Assembly (NCBI GenBank): GCA_965223505.1
Contig: CBDCWP010000044.1
Location: forward strand, 128,001 to 192,000
Direction: 5' to 3'
DNA length: 64,000 bases
DNA from: Planctomycetota bacterium
GTDB taxonomy: Bacteria; Planctomycetota; PLA2; JAEUHO01
Below, in pieces: positions 62,684-64,000 of this stretch. Within the stretch, counting starts at the first letter, position 1. Each line of letters opens with the position of its first letter. The position numbers and the translations under genes were made by a program. Below the pieces are notes generated by a model. It ran no database searches and was not told the DNA's origin. It was given only the letters and a program-made list of their open reading frames with translations.

Positions 62684-64000
62684 CTAGTCTCCGATCGTGA
62701 CTTCGAGCTCGAGCCGCGTGGGGGGGCCGTCGCCGGCGACGGAGCCCACGTCGATCGACTTCGTGACGCCGAGCGTCAGCGTGAGCTCGCGCGCGATCTT
62801 CGCCCGCTTGATCTTCGGGAGCTCGATGGGGCCCGTCGCTTCGTTCTTCGGCCGCCGGACTTCGAACGGCGTGACGGCGTCCGTGAACTCGACATCGAAC
62901 GTGAGCATGACGTGCTTGCCGCCCGGCACCGCGTCGGCGCGCGCGTTCACGACCCAGCCCTCGAACAGGACGGCCGTGACGGGGTCGCCGATGCGCGCGT
63001 CCTGTGCGACCTCGACGTCCCAGTCCGCGACGTACGCGTGCTCGGTACCGCTCTGCGCGCAGCAGGAGCGTCCGAACGTCAGATCGAGCGCCGTTCGAGC
63101 GATCCGAACGCGCTCGCTCTCCGTTCGGCGCACCAACGCGACCTCGAGTCGCTTGCGCTGGAACAGCGATTCCTCGAGCGAACGCACCCAGGCGTTCGCC
63201 TTCCCCGCGGTGCCCGGCGTGCCGTCGGTCAGCAGCAGGGCCTCGACGACCTGGGCGTCCGCCTCGTTCCCGTCCCCGCGCAACTGCGCGACCAGCAGGT
63301 CTTCGACCTGGTCCGCGCGTGGAGCGTCCATCGGGGCCGTGCGCATCACGATGGGATGCGGGAACGGGACGCCGGTGTCGTGGTCCAACCGGATCGCGAA
63401 CGTCGAGGGAACGACGAGGAGCGCCCCGATGTCGATCGCGCGCAAGACCGCAGGTCCCGCGGCTGGTCGCACACCGCGCCGCGCCCGCAGGAGGACGATC
63501 GAGGTGCCGCCGTCGTCGTCGAACACCCAGGCCCGCGCCTCGTCCGCGCGCAGCCGCGTCGTCGTGGCGACGCGACGCACGTCCATGCGCGGTAGGTCGA
63601 CGGTGCCGACCGGCGGCGTCTCGAGCGGCAGGTCGCGCATGGGGGTGCTCAGGTCGCCTTGCTGAAACAGCGTCTCCATCGCGACGGCGCCGTCGTGCAG
63701 CACGAACGGACGAAGATCGAGGCTCCAGCCGTCGATCGCGACATCGACCATGGGATCGCCGATGACCGCCTCCTGGGCAATCTCGACGTTGAAGTCACCG
63801 ACATACGAGGTTCTGCGCGTCTGGCGGACGGCGGCGTGCACGTTCGGCCGGCATTCGGCCGACGCCGACGACACCCGGGCGCCGGCCCGGGTCGCCTCGA
63901 TCAGCAGCGTCGCCGCGCGCTCGGACGGGATGCCGCCCCGCCGGGCTTCGGATACCAGCTCGGCGACCTGCGCGCGCGCCTTCGCATCCAGATGCACCCA
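62684..64000 (-). CDS. Secretin-like repeat protein (5' end outside the window)
   Basis: Two repeats YVGDFNVEIAQEAVIGDP and YVADWDVEVAQDARIGDP, each followed by G.(V/I)(D/E)LP. Confidence 0.55.
   Translation of the reverse strand, partial: WVHLDAKARAQVAELVSEARRGGIPSERAATLLIEATRAGARVSSASAECRPNVHAAVRQTRRTSYVGDFNVEIAQEAVIGDPMVDVAIDGWSLDLRPFVLHDGAVAMETLFQQGDLSTPMRDLPLETPPVGTVDLPRMDVRRVATTTRLRADEARAWVFDDDGGTSIVLLRARRGVRPAAGPAVLRAIDIGALLVVPSTFAIRLDHDTGVPFPHPIVMRTAPMDAPRADQVEDLLVAQLRGDGNEADAQVVEALLLTDGTPGTAGKANAWVRSLEESLFQRKRLEVALVRRTESERVRIARTALDLTFGRSCCAQSGTEHAYVADWDVEVAQDARIGDPVTAVLFEGWVVNARADAVPGGKHVMLTFDVEFTDAVTPFEVRRPKNEATGPIELPKIKRAKIARELTLTLGVTKSIDVGSVAGDGPPTRLELEVTIGD

Overview
High-GC bacterial chromosomal window. 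The gene content (squalene-cyclase-like repeat proteins, HEAT repeats, cytochrome c/DUF1553-like proteins, secretin-like repeats) suggests an uncultured Planctomycetota-like organism; this is inference only. Many single-base frameshifts look like long-read consensus errors. Recognisable content: riboflavin synthase, an esterase, an intact IS4-family element (18-bp TIRs, 11-bp target duplication) inserted in a palindrome, sucCD, a cytochrome c operon, a multi-PASTA protein with TDPGA repeats, pcnB, a Gfo/Idh/MocA + DegT pair, a c-di-GMP/sigma54 signalling cluster, a TonB-dependent receptor, several thioredoxin-fold proteins, a TPR-CHAT protease and two secretin-like proteins. The main signal, missed by the ORF track, is five genes interrupted by in-frame TGA codons, each followed by a SECIS-like hairpin. 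Three place TGA at the first Cys of a CxxC motif (two TlpA/redoxin-like proteins, one ArsC/Spx-like protein). Two are unusual: a secreted protein with G-U-G-U-G right after its signal peptide (27291-28151), and a secretin-like protein with TGA inside a conserved non-redox repeat (61085-62680).
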